Assembly: GCA_965228475.1 (NCBI GenBank)
Contig: OZ245817.1
Span: 788,209-852,208 of the forward strand
DNA length: 64,000 nucleotides
Direction: 5' to 3'
Source of the DNA: Myxococcota bacterium
Lineage (GTDB): Bacteria > Myxococcota_A > UBA9160 > JAFDDA01
Below, piece after piece: positions 54,029-63,466 of the stretch. Within the stretch, counting starts at the first letter, position 1. Each line of letters begins with the position of its first letter. The notes beneath the pieces were generated by a model that was given only the letters and a program-made list of their open reading frames with translations, was not told the DNA's origin and did no database searches. Position numbers and translations under genes: made by a program.

Positions 54029-54913
54029 ATGCCCGAGCGACGCCTCCTGCAGATCGACGCCTTCACGCACGAACCGCTCGGCGGAAACCCCTGCGCGGTC
54101 GTGCTCGATGCCGAGGGCCTGGACGACGCGACGATGCTCGCGATCGCCCTCGAGATGAACCTCTCGGAGACCGCGTTCCTCGTGCCGAGCGAGCGCGCGG
54201 ACTTCGGCGCGCGCTACTTCACGCCCTTCGGCGAGATCCCCATGGCCGGGCATCCGACCGTCGCGACCGTCTTTGCCCTCGCCGAGACCGGCGCCTTCGC
54301 GCTCACCGGCGACCGCACGGAGATCACCCTCGAGCTGCCCGCCGGCGTGCTGCCGATCGAGGTCGACGCACGCGATGGCCGCGTCGAGCGCATCGCCATG
54401 CGCCAGCCGCGGCCGCGCTTCGGCGAGACCCTGCCGGGCGAAGCGGTCGCGGCGGCCTTCGCGCTCGCGGCCGGAGACCTCGACCCGGGGATGCCCTGCC
54501 GGATCGTCTCCACGGGGACCCCGCAGTTGATGATTCCCGTGCGAAGCTTGGAAGCGCTGCGCGGCGCTCGCCCCGAAGGCCGGGCTCACGCAGACCTCGC
54601 CGAGGCGCACGGGTTCTTCAGCAGTCATCTCTTCGTGACGTCGGGCGTCGAGACGGGCGACACCTTCGCGCGCCACTTCGCCCCGGGCGAACGCGGATTC
54701 GAGGACCCGTTCACGGGTTCCGCGACCGGTGCGATGGCGGCCTACCTCTGGCGGGAGGGGCGGCTCGGGCCCCGCTTCGTGGCCGAACAGGGCCACTGGA
54801 TGACCCGCCCCGGACGGGCGGAAGTCGAGGTGATCGGCCCCCCCGATGCCATCGAGAGCGTCCGCGTGGCCGGGGGCGCGGTGACGGTCCTGCGCGGCCA
54901 TCTCCATCTCTGA
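54029..54913 (+). CDS. PhzF family isomerase/epimerase-like protein
   Basis: LLQIDAFTHEPLGGNPCAVV...MNLSETAFLV...FTPFGEIPMAGHPT signature. Confidence 0.8.
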   Translation: MPERRLLQIDAFTHEPLGGNPCAVVLDAEGLDDATMLAIALEMNLSETAFLVPSERADFGARYFTPFGEIPMAGHPTVATVFALAETGAFALTGDRTEITLELPAGVLPIEVDARDGRVERIAMRQPRPRFGETLPGEAVAAAFALAAGDLDPGMPCRIVSTGTPQLMIPVRSLEALRGARPEGRAHADLAEAHGFFSSHLFVTSGVETGDTFARHFAPGERGFEDPFTGSATGAMAAYLWREGRLGPRFVAEQGHWMTRPGRAEVEVIGPPDAIESVRVAGGAVTVLRGHLHL

Positions 54914-55073
54914 GGGCCTTCCCCCGTCCTTTCCGGCACCCGCCGAATATTCTTCTCCGGCGCCGCGTCGGTGTGAGCGGCGGCACGTTCCGTTTTGGAG
55001 CACGGGCCGTTATCATGCTCGCTCCCGCAGCGAATGCGGGCCCGCCACGGGCGGGAATCAGAATGGAGACCTC

Positions 55074-55544
55074 ATGTCGCGCGCGAACATTCTGCGAATG
55101 ACCCCCGTCGTGGCCCTCTGCTTTGCACTGGTCGCCTGTGGTGAGACCGTCGGTCCGAAGGCCGTGGGCGGTGCCGCCGTCGGCGCCACGGCCGGTGGCC
55201 TGATCGGAGCCGCCGCGGGCGGCGGAACGGCCGGAATCATCGGCGGCGCCCTGCTGGGCGGTCTCGCCGGCGGTGCCCTCGGTGACAAGCTCGACCAGAA
55301 CGACCGGCGTCTGGCCCAGGAGAACTACTACCGCTCGATGGAGTACGGCCGCACCGGTCAGAGCTCGAGCTGGAGCAACCCGGACAGCGGCCACAGCGGC
55401 AGCATCACGCCCACGCGGACGTACGAAACGCCGACGGGTCCGTGCCGCGACTTCAAGCAGACCATCTACATCGACGGCCAGGCCCAGGAAGGCCAGGGCA
55501 CCGCGTGCCGCCAGGCCGATGGGACGTGGAAGATCCGGAACTGA
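55074..55544 (+). CDS. Surface-antigen-type lipoprotein with glycine zipper (17-kDa antigen-like)
   Basis: Lipobox FALVACG, a Gly zipper (GATAGGLIGAAAGGGTAGIIGGALLGGLAGGALG), and C-terminal PCRDF...GTACRQADGTWKI. Confidence 0.7.
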   Translation: MSRANILRMTPVVALCFALVACGETVGPKAVGGAAVGATAGGLIGAAAGGGTAGIIGGALLGGLAGGALGDKLDQNDRRLAQENYYRSMEYGRTGQSSSWSNPDSGHSGSITPTRTYETPTGPCRDFKQTIYIDGQAQEGQGTACRQADGTWKIRN

Positions 55545-55619
55545 ACCGGGCCCCACGTTCGAGGACCCGATCGGGCCGTCTCGCATGCGAGGCGGCCCGA
55601 TCCATTTCCGGAGACGCCG

Positions 55620-55853
55620 ATGCGCATTCGACTCGACGAGGAGCGGCGAAAGGATCTCGTCGCGAAGATCCAGGCCCATCTCCGCGAGCACTTCGACGAG
55701 GACGTCGGCGTCCTGAAGGCCGAGCTGTTGCTCGCGTTCTTCGTGAAGGAGCTCGGGCCGCCCGTCTACAACCAGGCGATCCAGGACGCCCACGGCTTCA
55801 TCGCCGACAAGCTGGTGGATCTCCAGGGCGAGTTCTACGAGCCGGAGTCCTAG
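55620..55853 (+). CDS. DUF2164 domain protein
   Basis: 77 aa. LLLAFFVKELGPPVYNQAIQDA signature. Confidence 0.65.
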   Translation: MRIRLDEERRKDLVAKIQAHLREHFDEDVGVLKAELLLAFFVKELGPPVYNQAIQDAHGFIADKLVDLQGEFYEPES

Positions 55854-55874
55854 AGCCCGTCTCAGAAACGTCTT

Positions 55875-55908
55875 GCGGGTTCGGATCACCGGGAAGGGCC
55901 GAACCCGC
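55875..55908. terminator. 10-bp perfect hairpin between convergent genes
   Basis: GCGGGTTCGG-14 nt-CCGAACCCGC, followed by TTCACACTTCTC. Confidence 0.45.
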
Positions 55909-55941
55909 TTCACACTTCTCGAGACCGGCTCTAGGCGGAGT

Positions 55942-57654
55942 TCAGAAGCGTCCCGAGCGCAGGAAGCCCCAGGCGAGCAGCAGCCAGGCGCCGCCCGCGA
56001 GCCCGAAACCGACGAGCCCGAGCACGGTCGAGAGCGTGAGGCCGAAGGGCAGGGCGGGCCCGGTCTCCGCGGTGAAGAGCCACGCCGAAGCGACGAGCAG
56101 CGCCGCGAGCACGACGGCCAGGGAAGCGCGGTTGGTGCTGCGCGCGCGTTCGCGCTCCGCCTCCGCGCGGCCTTCGAGGGCGACGCGGAGCTCGAAGTCG
56201 CCGCCGGCCAGGCGGCGCGTGATGCGCCGCAGGTCCGTCGGCAGGCTCGTCGCGAGGTCGAGGTAGGCGCGGGCGACGCGCAGGCCGTCGCGCGCGAGGT
56301 AGCGCGGGTCCTGCAGCCGCCCGATCCAGAGCTTCAGGGCGTAGGGGCGGATCGCCTCGAGCGGGTCCATGGCCGGGTCGAGCGTGCGCGCGGTGCCTTC
56401 CATGGTGGCGAGGGCCTTGCCGATCAGGAAGAGGTCCGCCGGCACGCGCACCCGGTGGCGCGCGAGCACCTCGAAGATTTGGGTCATGAGCTGGGAGACG
56501 TCGACCTCGCCGATCGGGACCGAGTGGAAGCGCACGATCAGCTCGTCGACGTCGCGCTCGAGGGCCTTCGCGTCGACCTCGTCGTCGACGAGCTCGAGCC
56601 GGACGAACAGGCGGAGGATGCGCCCGGCGTCCTGCAGCAGGATCCCGACGATCAGGTCGAGCAGATCGTCCAGGGTGTCGCGGTCGAGGGTGCCCATCTG
56701 GCCGAGATCGATCGGCGCGATGCGGCCGCCCGGCAGGACGAACCAGTTGCCCGGGTGCGGATCGCCGTGGAAGAAGCCGTTGCCGAAGAGCTGTTCGAGC
56801 ACGAAGTTCGTGCCGGTCTGGGCGAGCGCCTTGCGGTCGATGCCCGCCGCGTCGAGGGCCGGCACGTCGTCGGCCTTGATCCCGTCGATCCACTCGACGA
56901 CGAGGATCTTGTCGGTGCAGAGCTCCCGGTAGGCCTTCGGGACGTGGATGCGTTCGTCGTCCGCGAAGTCGCCCGTGAAGCGCTGGTAGTTCGCGGCCTC
57001 CTGGGTGAGATCGATCTCGCGCACGATCGAGCGCGAGAACTCCTCGACCACCCCGACCGGGTCGTAGCCGCGGAGCTCCGGGAGGTTCTCCTCGACGAGC
57101 CCGGCGAGGGTGCGCAGCACGTCGACGTCCGTGGCGATCGTCCGCTCGAGGTCGGGCCGCCGCACCTTGACCGCGACGTCTTCGCCCGAGGGCAGCGTCG
57201 CGCGGTGCACCTGGGCGATCGATGCCGCCGCGATCGGCTCTTCCCCGAACTGCGCGAAAATCTCGCCGATGGGGCGGCCGAGCTCCGCTTCGATCTGGCG
57301 CCGGGCCTCGGCGGGCGCGAAGGGGGCGACGTCGTCCTGGAGCTTGCGCAGCTCCTCGATCCAGGAGAGCGGGACGAGGTCCGGCCGGGTCGCGAGGATC
57401 TGGCCGAGCTTGATGAACGTAGGGCCCAACTCCTCGAGGGCCATGCGCACGCGTTCCTCGGTGCGCAGCTCGACGAGGGCCTCGCGCTCGCGGCGGAAGC
57501 GCAGGAGGTTGCGGCCGCGTTCGGCGACGCCTTCGAGGCCCGTGCGCGCGAGCACGTCGCCGAAGCCGTACTTCACGATCACGCCGACGACCTCGCGCAC
57601 GCGGGCGAGGTTGCGGACGGTCTGCGGGAGGCGGAGCCAGGGGCTGAGCGCCAT
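55942..57654 (-). CDS. ubiB: ABC1/UbiB family atypical kinase
   Basis: ATG at 57654. PIAAASIAQVH, VAVKVRRP, FFHGDPHPGN, IDLGQMG, and two C-terminal TM helices. Confidence 0.85.
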   Translation of the reverse strand: MALSPWLRLPQTVRNLARVREVVGVIVKYGFGDVLARTGLEGVAERGRNLLRFRREREALVELRTEERVRMALEELGPTFIKLGQILATRPDLVPLSWIEELRKLQDDVAPFAPAEARRQIEAELGRPIGEIFAQFGEEPIAAASIAQVHRATLPSGEDVAVKVRRPDLERTIATDVDVLRTLAGLVEENLPELRGYDPVGVVEEFSRSIVREIDLTQEAANYQRFTGDFADDERIHVPKAYRELCTDKILVVEWIDGIKADDVPALDAAGIDRKALAQTGTNFVLEQLFGNGFFHGDPHPGNWFVLPGGRIAPIDLGQMGTLDRDTLDDLLDLIVGILLQDAGRILRLFVRLELVDDEVDAKALERDVDELIVRFHSVPIGEVDVSQLMTQIFEVLARHRVRVPADLFLIGKALATMEGTARTLDPAMDPLEAIRPYALKLWIGRLQDPRYLARDGLRVARAYLDLATSLPTDLRRITRRLAGGDFELRVALEGRAEAERERARSTNRASLAVVLAALLVASAWLFTAETGPALPFGLTLSTVLGLVGFGLAGGAWLLLAWGFLRSGRF

Positions 57655-58106
57655 CAGGGTTGCTCCCGCCCGCCATCGCCGCGGGTCGCGGGTTGCTCCC
57701 GCCCGCCGTCGCCGCGGGTCGCGGGTTGCTCCCGCCCGCCGTCGCCGCGGGTCGCGGGTTGCTCCCGCCCGCCGTCGCCGCGCGCGGCGAGCTGGCGTTC
57801 GATCCGGTCGAGCCGCGCGTCGAGGGCGTCGAGACGCTCGCGCAGGGCCTCGTCGCCCGCGCCCGCCGCCGGCGTGGCGAGGGTGCCGAGGCCTTCGGCG
57901 ACCGCGCGCAGGGGCGTGAGCACGTTCTCCGAAACGAAGGACGTGCTGCGGTCGATGGCCTCCGTGACCGCCGATTCGAGGGCCTGGGCCTCCTCCGCCG
58001 AGAGGTCCCCGCGCGAGACGAGCTCGTGGAGGGCGCGGCGCGCGTCCTCGCGAACGCTCTTCGTGCCGCGGGTGATCCAATCTTCGAGGGCATCGCGCCT
58101 GCTCAC
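57654..58106 (-). CDS. Phasin-like (COG3937-type) protein with C-terminal RGDGGREQPAT x4 repeat
   Basis: 150-aa ORF. The N-terminal helical region HELVSRGDLSAEEAQALESAV resembles PHA-regulator phasins. The TGA shares its A with the ubiB ATG. Confidence 0.55.
   Translation of the reverse strand: MSRRDALEDWITRGTKSVREDARRALHELVSRGDLSAEEAQALESAVTEAIDRSTSFVSENVLTPLRAVAEGLGTLATPAAGAGDEALRERLDALDARLDRIERQLAARGDGGREQPATRGDGGREQPATRGDGGREQPATRGDGGREQP
57657..57782. repeat. Near-perfect 33-bp tandem repeat, about 3.8 copies, in-frame within the phasin-like gene
   Basis: The unit GGGTTGCTCCCGCCCGCCRTCGCCGCGGGTCGC repeats head-to-tail. One synonymous A/G difference separates the full copies. Confidence 0.9.
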
Positions 58107-58173
58107 GGCCGGGCTCCCATGCTGCCGGAGAGGATCGCGCTCTTCTCGCGAAGCGCCACGCGGGTGGAAGCCT

Positions 58174-59667
58174 TCAGTCGAGGGCGATCCATCCGGTCTC
58201 CCCGTCGGTCCGGACGGTGCCGGTGCGCCCGACGCCCTCCTCGGCCTCGAGCGCCGCGAGCACGTCCTCCCCGCCCTCGACGAAGGCCAGGAAGCGGCGC
58301 TCGTCCTCGAGGCGGCCGACGGCGATGCCGCGCTCCGGGGCGCCCTCGCGGTCGTGGGCGACGGTGTAGGCCTCGATCCGTCCCCGGCCCTCGGGCACGG
58401 CGGCGACCTCCACCGGCCCGACGGCTTCGGCCGGCGCCGCCGGCTGACTCGGGAGTTCCATTCTCGGGAGCGTGCTGTAGAGCCCCGCGCTGTGCTTGGT
58501 GAAGAACCAGCCGACGCCGGTGGTCATGCCGATCGCCCCCGGGTCCGCGCGCAGGCGCTTCACCATCGCGGCTACCGAGTGGGTCACGTAGTTGTTGCCG
58601 GGGCCGCCCGCGTAGGCGAGGCCGCCGGTCACGGTGAGGGGGCGGGGGTCGTCGGACTCGATCCCGAGGGCGCGGCAGGCGAGCTGCACTGCCGACGGGA
58701 AGCAGCTGTAGAGGTCGAAGGCGTGGACGTCCTCGACGGCGAGGCGGGCTTCGGCGAAAGCATCGCCAAAGACGCGGGCCATGCCGTTCGAGGCATCGAG
58801 CTCCGGGCGCTCGGCGAGGTGCCAGGGCGTCTCGTTCGCATCCCCGCCGCCGAGCCAGTGCACGAGCCGGTCCGCGGGAACCCCGAGCGCGCGGGCTCGC
58901 TCCGCGGAGGTCAGGAGCAGCGCTGCGGACTGATCGACCACGAGCATCGCGTTCATGTACTTGGTGTACGGGAAGGCGACCATGCGGTTGCTCGTGCCCG
59001 GCACGGTGATCTCTTCCGCGCTGCGGCGCGTGCGAAACCAGGCGTGGGGGTTGTCTGCGGCGACGTCGCTGGCCCGCGCCATCAGGCGGCCGAGGGCCCG
59101 GCGGTGGGTCTCGACGTCGCGCCCGAGCGCCGCGCGCAGGGCGTTCTCGTAGAGCGGGTAGACGTAGATCGGCAGCATGAGCTGGTGCCGGACTTCGGCT
59201 TCGCTGGCGGGCGGGGGCTCGGCGGCGATCTCGCTCGGTTCGCCGCCGCCCGACCAGTCGTAGACGATGCCGGCCTTGCGGGCGCGGCGCCGGGATTCGA
59301 GCGCCTCCGCTCCCGCGACGAGCACGAAGTCCGCCTCGCCCGCCTCGATCGCACGGGCCGCCGCGTTGATCTGCTTCTGGGGGCCGTTGCCGCCCACCGC
59401 CGTGTAGCGGGGCGTGGCCGCCGAGGCGCCGAGCCCCTCGGCCAGGAGCCGGGCGGCGTTCGCGTAGCGCGCGCCGAAGACCGAGGGGACGATCACCTGG
59501 TCGAGTTCGCCCAGGGCTTCGCGCCGGAGGCCCGCGTCCTGCGCTGCGAGGCCGGCCGCTTCGAGCATCAGCGCGACCGGGTCCTTCGTGTTCGCCGGGT
59601 CCGGGTCGCGCTCGGTGACCTGACCGACGCCGACCACGACGGGGCAGCGCGCGGGGTCCTGGCTCAT
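58174..59667 (-). CDS. Thiolase-like protein type 1 (TLP1-like) with extra C-terminal beta domain; nucleophilic Cys apparently absent
   Basis: Thiolase-fold layout (VVGVGQ..., ...AIEAGEADFVLVAGAEAL). VGGNGPQ replaces the C-x-S-G nucleophile loop, and there is about 100 aa of extra C-terminus. Confidence 0.6.
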   Translation of the reverse strand: MSQDPARCPVVVGVGQVTERDPDPANTKDPVALMLEAAGLAAQDAGLRREALGELDQVIVPSVFGARYANAARLLAEGLGASAATPRYTAVGGNGPQKQINAAARAIEAGEADFVLVAGAEALESRRRARKAGIVYDWSGGGEPSEIAAEPPPASEAEVRHQLMLPIYVYPLYENALRAALGRDVETHRRALGRLMARASDVAADNPHAWFRTRRSAEEITVPGTSNRMVAFPYTKYMNAMLVVDQSAALLLTSAERARALGVPADRLVHWLGGGDANETPWHLAERPELDASNGMARVFGDAFAEARLAVEDVHAFDLYSCFPSAVQLACRALGIESDDPRPLTVTGGLAYAGGPGNNYVTHSVAAMVKRLRADPGAIGMTTGVGWFFTKHSAGLYSTLPRMELPSQPAAPAEAVGPVEVAAVPEGRGRIEAYTVAHDREGAPERGIAVGRLEDERRFLAFVEGGEDVLAALEAEEGVGRTGTVRTDGETGWIALD

Positions 59668-59677
59668 GAGGGCGCTC

Positions 59678-60364
59678 CTATCGCCACGCGAAGACCGGCT
59701 GCTCGTAGTGGTCGACCCGGGTCGAGCGGCCGTGGAGCGCGACTTCGCGGAGCTGGAAGAGGAGCGCCGCGGTCGGGGCGTGGATGTCGGTCTCGAGCAT
59801 GGCGATCGAGATCACGGGCCGGTCGCTCTCCGGGATGGCGCGCAGGCGCGGGACGCCGGGCGCTTCGAGGACGTCGAGCGGTACGCGGTAGGCGGCCGCC
59901 ACCTCGGCCGGGTCCGGGACGAGGGCGGCCTCGGCCAGGCGCCCGACGAAGAGCACCACGGGCGTGATGACGAAGCCCGAGCGCGTGGCGTAGTCGTCGA
60001 GCAGGCCGAGGACGGACTCGGGCCCGCACTCGACGCCGAGCTCCTCGGAGAGTTCGCGGCGTGCGGCCTCTTCGGGGGTCTCGCCGGGGTCGAGCCGGCC
60101 GCCGGGGAGCGCCCACTGGCCGCCGTGGTTGCGCAGGGTGCTCGCGCGGCGCGTGATGAGGAAGCCCGCCTGGTCCGCCGCCTCACCTTCGGCAACGTCG
60201 ACGAGGGTCAGCGCGACGGCGGCCGCCCGCTGGCCTTCGGCCGGTGCGGTCCGCCGCTCGAAGGCGGAGAGGTTCTGGGCGACGTGCTCGCGCAGGCCTT
60301 CGCCGATGCGCCACCGGCCGGGGCCCGGCGCGCCTCCGATCGAATCCGAGGGGTCTCCGCTCAC
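59678..60364 (-). CDS. NUDIX hydrolase, CoA pyrophosphatase type
   Basis: Nudix box [24 protein letters not shown], preceded by [22 protein letters not shown]. The GTG start overlaps the SDR stop (GTGA). Confidence 0.75.
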   Translation of the reverse strand: MSGDPSDSIGGAPGPGRWRIGEGLREHVAQNLSAFERRTAPAEGQRAAAVALTLVDVAEGEAADQAGFLITRRASTLRNHGGQWALPGGRLDPGETPEEAARRELSEELGVECGPESVLGLLDDYATRSGFVITPVVLFVGRLAEAALVPDPAEVAAAYRVPLDVLEAPGVPRLRAIPESDRPVISIAMLETDIHAPTAALLFQLREVALHGRSTRVDHYEQPVFAWR

Positions 60365-61200
60365 GCGCCCGGCATCCCGCCGTTCACGCCGATCACCTGC
60401 CCCGTGATGTAGGAGGCGGCCTCGGAGCACAGGAACCCGACCACGGCGGCGACCTCGTCCGGCCGCCCGGCGCGGGCCAGCGGGATGGTCGCGACGATCT
60501 CCTCGGCCGGGAGCTCCGCCGTCATGTCCGTCGCGATGAAGCCCGGGGCGACGGCGTTGCACAGGATGTTCCGGCGCGCGTACTCGCGGGCGAGGCTGCG
60601 CGTGAACCCGACGAGCCCGGCCTTGGCCGCCGCGTAGTTCGCCTGGCCCGCGTTGCCCGCGAGCCCGGCGATCGAGGTCACGTTCACGATGCGCCCGCCG
60701 CGGGCCTTCATCATGCCCTTGAGCGCCGCGCGCGTGACGTGGAAGGCGCCAGTGAGGTTGGTCTCGACGACGGCGTTCCAGTCTTCGTCGCTCATGCGCG
60801 CCACGAGGCCGTCGCGCGTCATCCCCGCGTTGTTGACGAGGACGTCGAGCGGACCCTCTTCGGCGAGCGCCGGGCCCAGTTCGCTCGCGATCTGCTCGGC
60901 CGAGCCGAGGTCGAAGGCGATCTGGCGCGCCTGCCCCCCGGCCTCCTCGATTTCCTTGCACACCGCGCCGGCGGCATCGCGGTTGCGGTGGCAGTGGACC
61001 CAGACGCGGAAGCCGTCGCGGCCGAGCTGGCGGGCGATGGCCGCGCCGATCCCGCGGCTCGCCCCCGTGACGAGGGCCTGGCGCGCGGCACCCTCTTTCG
61101 TTCCGCGCGCGGTACCTTGGCGATCCTTCGGGCTCAGGGCGTTCTCCGGCTGCGGGGCGTGGGCTGCGTTAGGATGCGGGATCGCCCGCCCACGGTCCAC
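60361..61200 (-). CDS. Short-chain dehydrogenase/reductase, FabG-like 3-oxoacyl reductase
   Basis: [19 protein letters not shown], and YAAAKAG (YxxxK). The N-terminal roughly 40 aa are atypical, so the start is uncertain. Confidence 0.8.
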   Translation of the reverse strand: MDRGRAIPHPNAAHAPQPENALSPKDRQGTARGTKEGAARQALVTGASRGIGAAIARQLGRDGFRVWVHCHRNRDAAGAVCKEIEEAGGQARQIAFDLGSAEQIASELGPALAEEGPLDVLVNNAGMTRDGLVARMSDEDWNAVVETNLTGAFHVTRAALKGMMKARGGRIVNVTSIAGLAGNAGQANYAAAKAGLVGFTRSLAREYARRNILCNAVAPGFIATDMTAELPAEEIVATIPLARAGRPDEVAAVVGFLCSEAASYITGQVIGVNGGMPGA

Positions 61201-61211
61201 ACGGACCCCTG

Positions 61212-62126
61212 TTGGACCCCTGTCCGAGACGAATCCAACCCGTGAACCATCTCCCCGACGTAGAGCGGCGCAGGCTCTCCTTGCCCGAGCGTGGCGTCGA
61301 GATCGCCCTGCTCGATTTTGGCGGCGAAGGCCCCCCGCTGCTCGCCCACCACGCCAACGGCTTCTGTGCCGCGATGTGGGCTCCGGTGCTCGAGGCGCTT
61401 CGCTCGCGCTTCCGCATCTTCGCGATGGACGCCCGCGGCCACGGGGATTCCTCCTCGCCCGAGGGCGCCGCGCCCTTCGCCTGGAGCGAGTTCGTGGGCG
61501 ACGTGGGCGCGGTGGCCGACCGCATCGCCGACGAGCAGGGAGAGCCCGTCGCGCTGGGCCTCGGCCATTCCTTCGGCGGGACCTCCACCCTCGGCGCGGC
61601 GGCCGCCCGGCCGGGCCGCTTCGGCCGCGTGCTGTGCGTCGACCCGGTGATCTTCCCGCCGACGGGCGTCGACGCCGAGCGCGCGGCGCGCGGCAGCCGT
61701 CTCGTCGAAGGGACCCTGCGCCGCCGGCGCGAGTGGCCGAGCCGGGAGGAGGCGCTCACCCATCTGCGCAGCCGCGACCTGTTCGCCGAGTTCACCGGCC
61801 GCGCCCTCGAGCTCTACGTCGACGAGGGGATGCGCCCCACGGGCGACGGCGGCGTCTCGCTCAAGTGTGCGCCGGAGGTGGAGGCCGCCGTGTTCTCCGG
61901 GCCGGGGAGCTTCGACGTCTTCTCCGCCGTCGAGGATCTGGCGACCCCGTCGCGTCTGCTCTGGGCCCGCGGCGGGAACTTCCCACGCGCCCTCTACGAA
62001 GCGCTCGTCGAGAAGATGAAGGCCGGGGACGTCGAGGACATCGAGGGTGGGCATCTCGTGCCGATGGAAGACCCGGCGCGCGTCGTCGCGGCGATCGAAC
62101 GCTTCGTCGACGAACCGTTCGCTTAA
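61212..62126 (+). CDS. Alpha/beta hydrolase
   Basis: LLAHHANGF, nucleophile elbow GLGHSFGG, and C-terminal GGHLVPMEDP. GTG at 61242 is an alternative start. Confidence 0.75.
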   Translation: MDPCPRRIQPVNHLPDVERRRLSLPERGVEIALLDFGGEGPPLLAHHANGFCAAMWAPVLEALRSRFRIFAMDARGHGDSSSPEGAAPFAWSEFVGDVGAVADRIADEQGEPVALGLGHSFGGTSTLGAAAARPGRFGRVLCVDPVIFPPTGVDAERAARGSRLVEGTLRRRREWPSREEALTHLRSRDLFAEFTGRALELYVDEGMRPTGDGGVSLKCAPEVEAAVFSGPGSFDVFSAVEDLATPSRLLWARGGNFPRALYEALVEKMKAGDVEDIEGGHLVPMEDPARVVAAIERFVDEPFA

Positions 62127-62132
62127 GCGCCC

Positions 62133-62522
62133 CTACTTCTCGACGGGAAGTCCGCGCTTCGTCCAGCCCGCGTAGCCCTCGGCCATCGAGCGCACCGTCG
62201 TGAATCCCATGTCGAGCAGCGTCGCGGCGGCGAGCGCCGAGCGGTGTCCGCCGCCGCAGTAGAGCACGAGCTTTCGCGAACGGTCGGCCCACCACGGGTC
62301 GCGCTTCGGATGCTCGAGGTCCGCCCGGACCTCGAGGAAGCCGCGCGGCGAGCTGCGCGCCGCGGGAAGGCGGCCGGCCGCGAACTCGTCGGGTTCACGC
62401 ACGTCGACGATCTCCCAGCCGTCCCGCCCGGGTCGGCCGAGCAGTCCGTGGACGTCCTCGGGCGAGATCTCCTCGACCCGCTCGAGGGCCTCGGTGACGA
62501 AATCGTGAAGGCTCCGGGCCAT
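62133..62522 (-). CDS. Rhodanese-like domain protein
   Basis: ATG at 62522 with AAGGAGA upstream. Active-site loop LYCGGGHRS. Confidence 0.8.
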   Translation of the reverse strand: MARSLHDFVTEALERVEEISPEDVHGLLGRPGRDGWEIVDVREPDEFAAGRLPAARSSPRGFLEVRADLEHPKRDPWWADRSRKLVLYCGGGHRSALAAATLLDMGFTTVRSMAEGYAGWTKRGLPVEK

Positions 62523-62705
62523 GCGCTTTCTCCTTCTCGTCGCCTGCCCATAAATCATAACGAAATCGAGCACTTGAAGCCCCGGCGCGCCGTTTTCTCC
62601 GGCCCCGAAAAAAGGCGCACCTCGCGCTGACACAAGCCCCTCCGAGCCACCACTGAAATCCAGACAAGCAGTTGCGCACGGAGGCGGAGAGGCCTCCGGA
62701 GGAGA

Positions 62706-63344
62706 ATGAAGATGCGAAGTTGGATGGCCGGGATCTTGACCACGGCCTTGTTGTTGACGGCGGCGGCGCCCGCGTCCGCCCTTCCCTCGACCGACGATCT
62801 GGTCAACTGGACCGAGACGTGGATCAACGGGAACTACGAGCTGGAAGAGTTCACCTTCGACGAGGACTCGGAGTACTCCCTCGGCGCCTTCGACACGCCG
62901 GTGATCAACTTCGACTCCGTGCTCGCGGGCACCCAGGTGCTCGGGACGATCATCACGGTGACCCTCCCGAACTTCTTCGATCCGCTTCCGGAGAAGAACA
63001 TCTACATCGCCTTCGAGGGCGGGAACGGCGGCGCGCAGGGCAACGACTTCCCCTTCGTGACGAGCATCATCGGGAGCGACAGCGAGTACCCCGGTGGCGG
63101 CGGCAGCGTGCCGGTGTTCGGCAGCCTGGTCGACGGCAGCGTCATGTGCACGAGCATGCTCTGCGAGCAGGAATGGCTGATCGAGCCGAACCCGGACTTC
63201 GAGACCATCACGGCCTTCATCCCGACGAGCTTCGAGTTCACCTCGATGCACATCGTCACCCAGTCGGTTCCGGAGCCGGGAGTCACGGCGCTCTTCGGCA
63301 TCGGCGTGCTGGGCCTCGCGATGGCGGGCCGCCGACGCGCCTAG
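62706..63344 (+). CDS. PEP-CTERM sorting-domain secreted protein
   Basis: Has a signal peptide. The C-terminus VPEPGVTALFGIGVLGLAMAGRRRA has the PEP motif, TM helix and Arg cluster. Confidence 0.8.
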   Translation: MKMRSWMAGILTTALLLTAAAPASALPSTDDLVNWTETWINGNYELEEFTFDEDSEYSLGAFDTPVINFDSVLAGTQVLGTIITVTLPNFFDPLPEKNIYIAFEGGNGGAQGNDFPFVTSIIGSDSEYPGGGGSVPVFGSLVDGSVMCTSMLCEQEWLIEPNPDFETITAFIPTSFEFTSMHIVTQSVPEPGVTALFGIGVLGLAMAGRRRA

Positions 63345-63466
63345 CGCCGGCACCCCGCGCGGCGACGCGCGCGATTCTCGCAACGGGCTCCTCACCTCGC
63401 GGTGAGGGGCCCGTTCGCGTTTCCGGAGGCGCTCGCTTTTCGCGACCCGCCGAGCGAAGCTCGGGA

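Noticed and set aside
51532-54913. Phenazine-type cluster (chorismate-utilising enzyme plus PhzF)
   Set aside because: The chorismate enzyme has the PabB-type PIKGT lysine and no fused glutamine amidotransferase as in PhzE. No PhzD, PhzG, PhzA or PhzB homologs are present, and a GGDEF gene separates the two. PhzF-family proteins are widespread outside phenazine pathways.
57657-57782. 33-bp direct repeats as a possible CRISPR array
   Set aside because: The repeats are contiguous with no spacers, lie in-frame inside a coding sequence, and no cas genes are present.
62706-63344. Lower-GC secreted-protein genes (here and at 24148-25119) as horizontally acquired DNA
   Set aside because: The GC drop is modest and is explained by Ser/Thr/Asn/Phe/Asp-rich secreted-protein composition. 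No mobility genes or repeats flank either gene.
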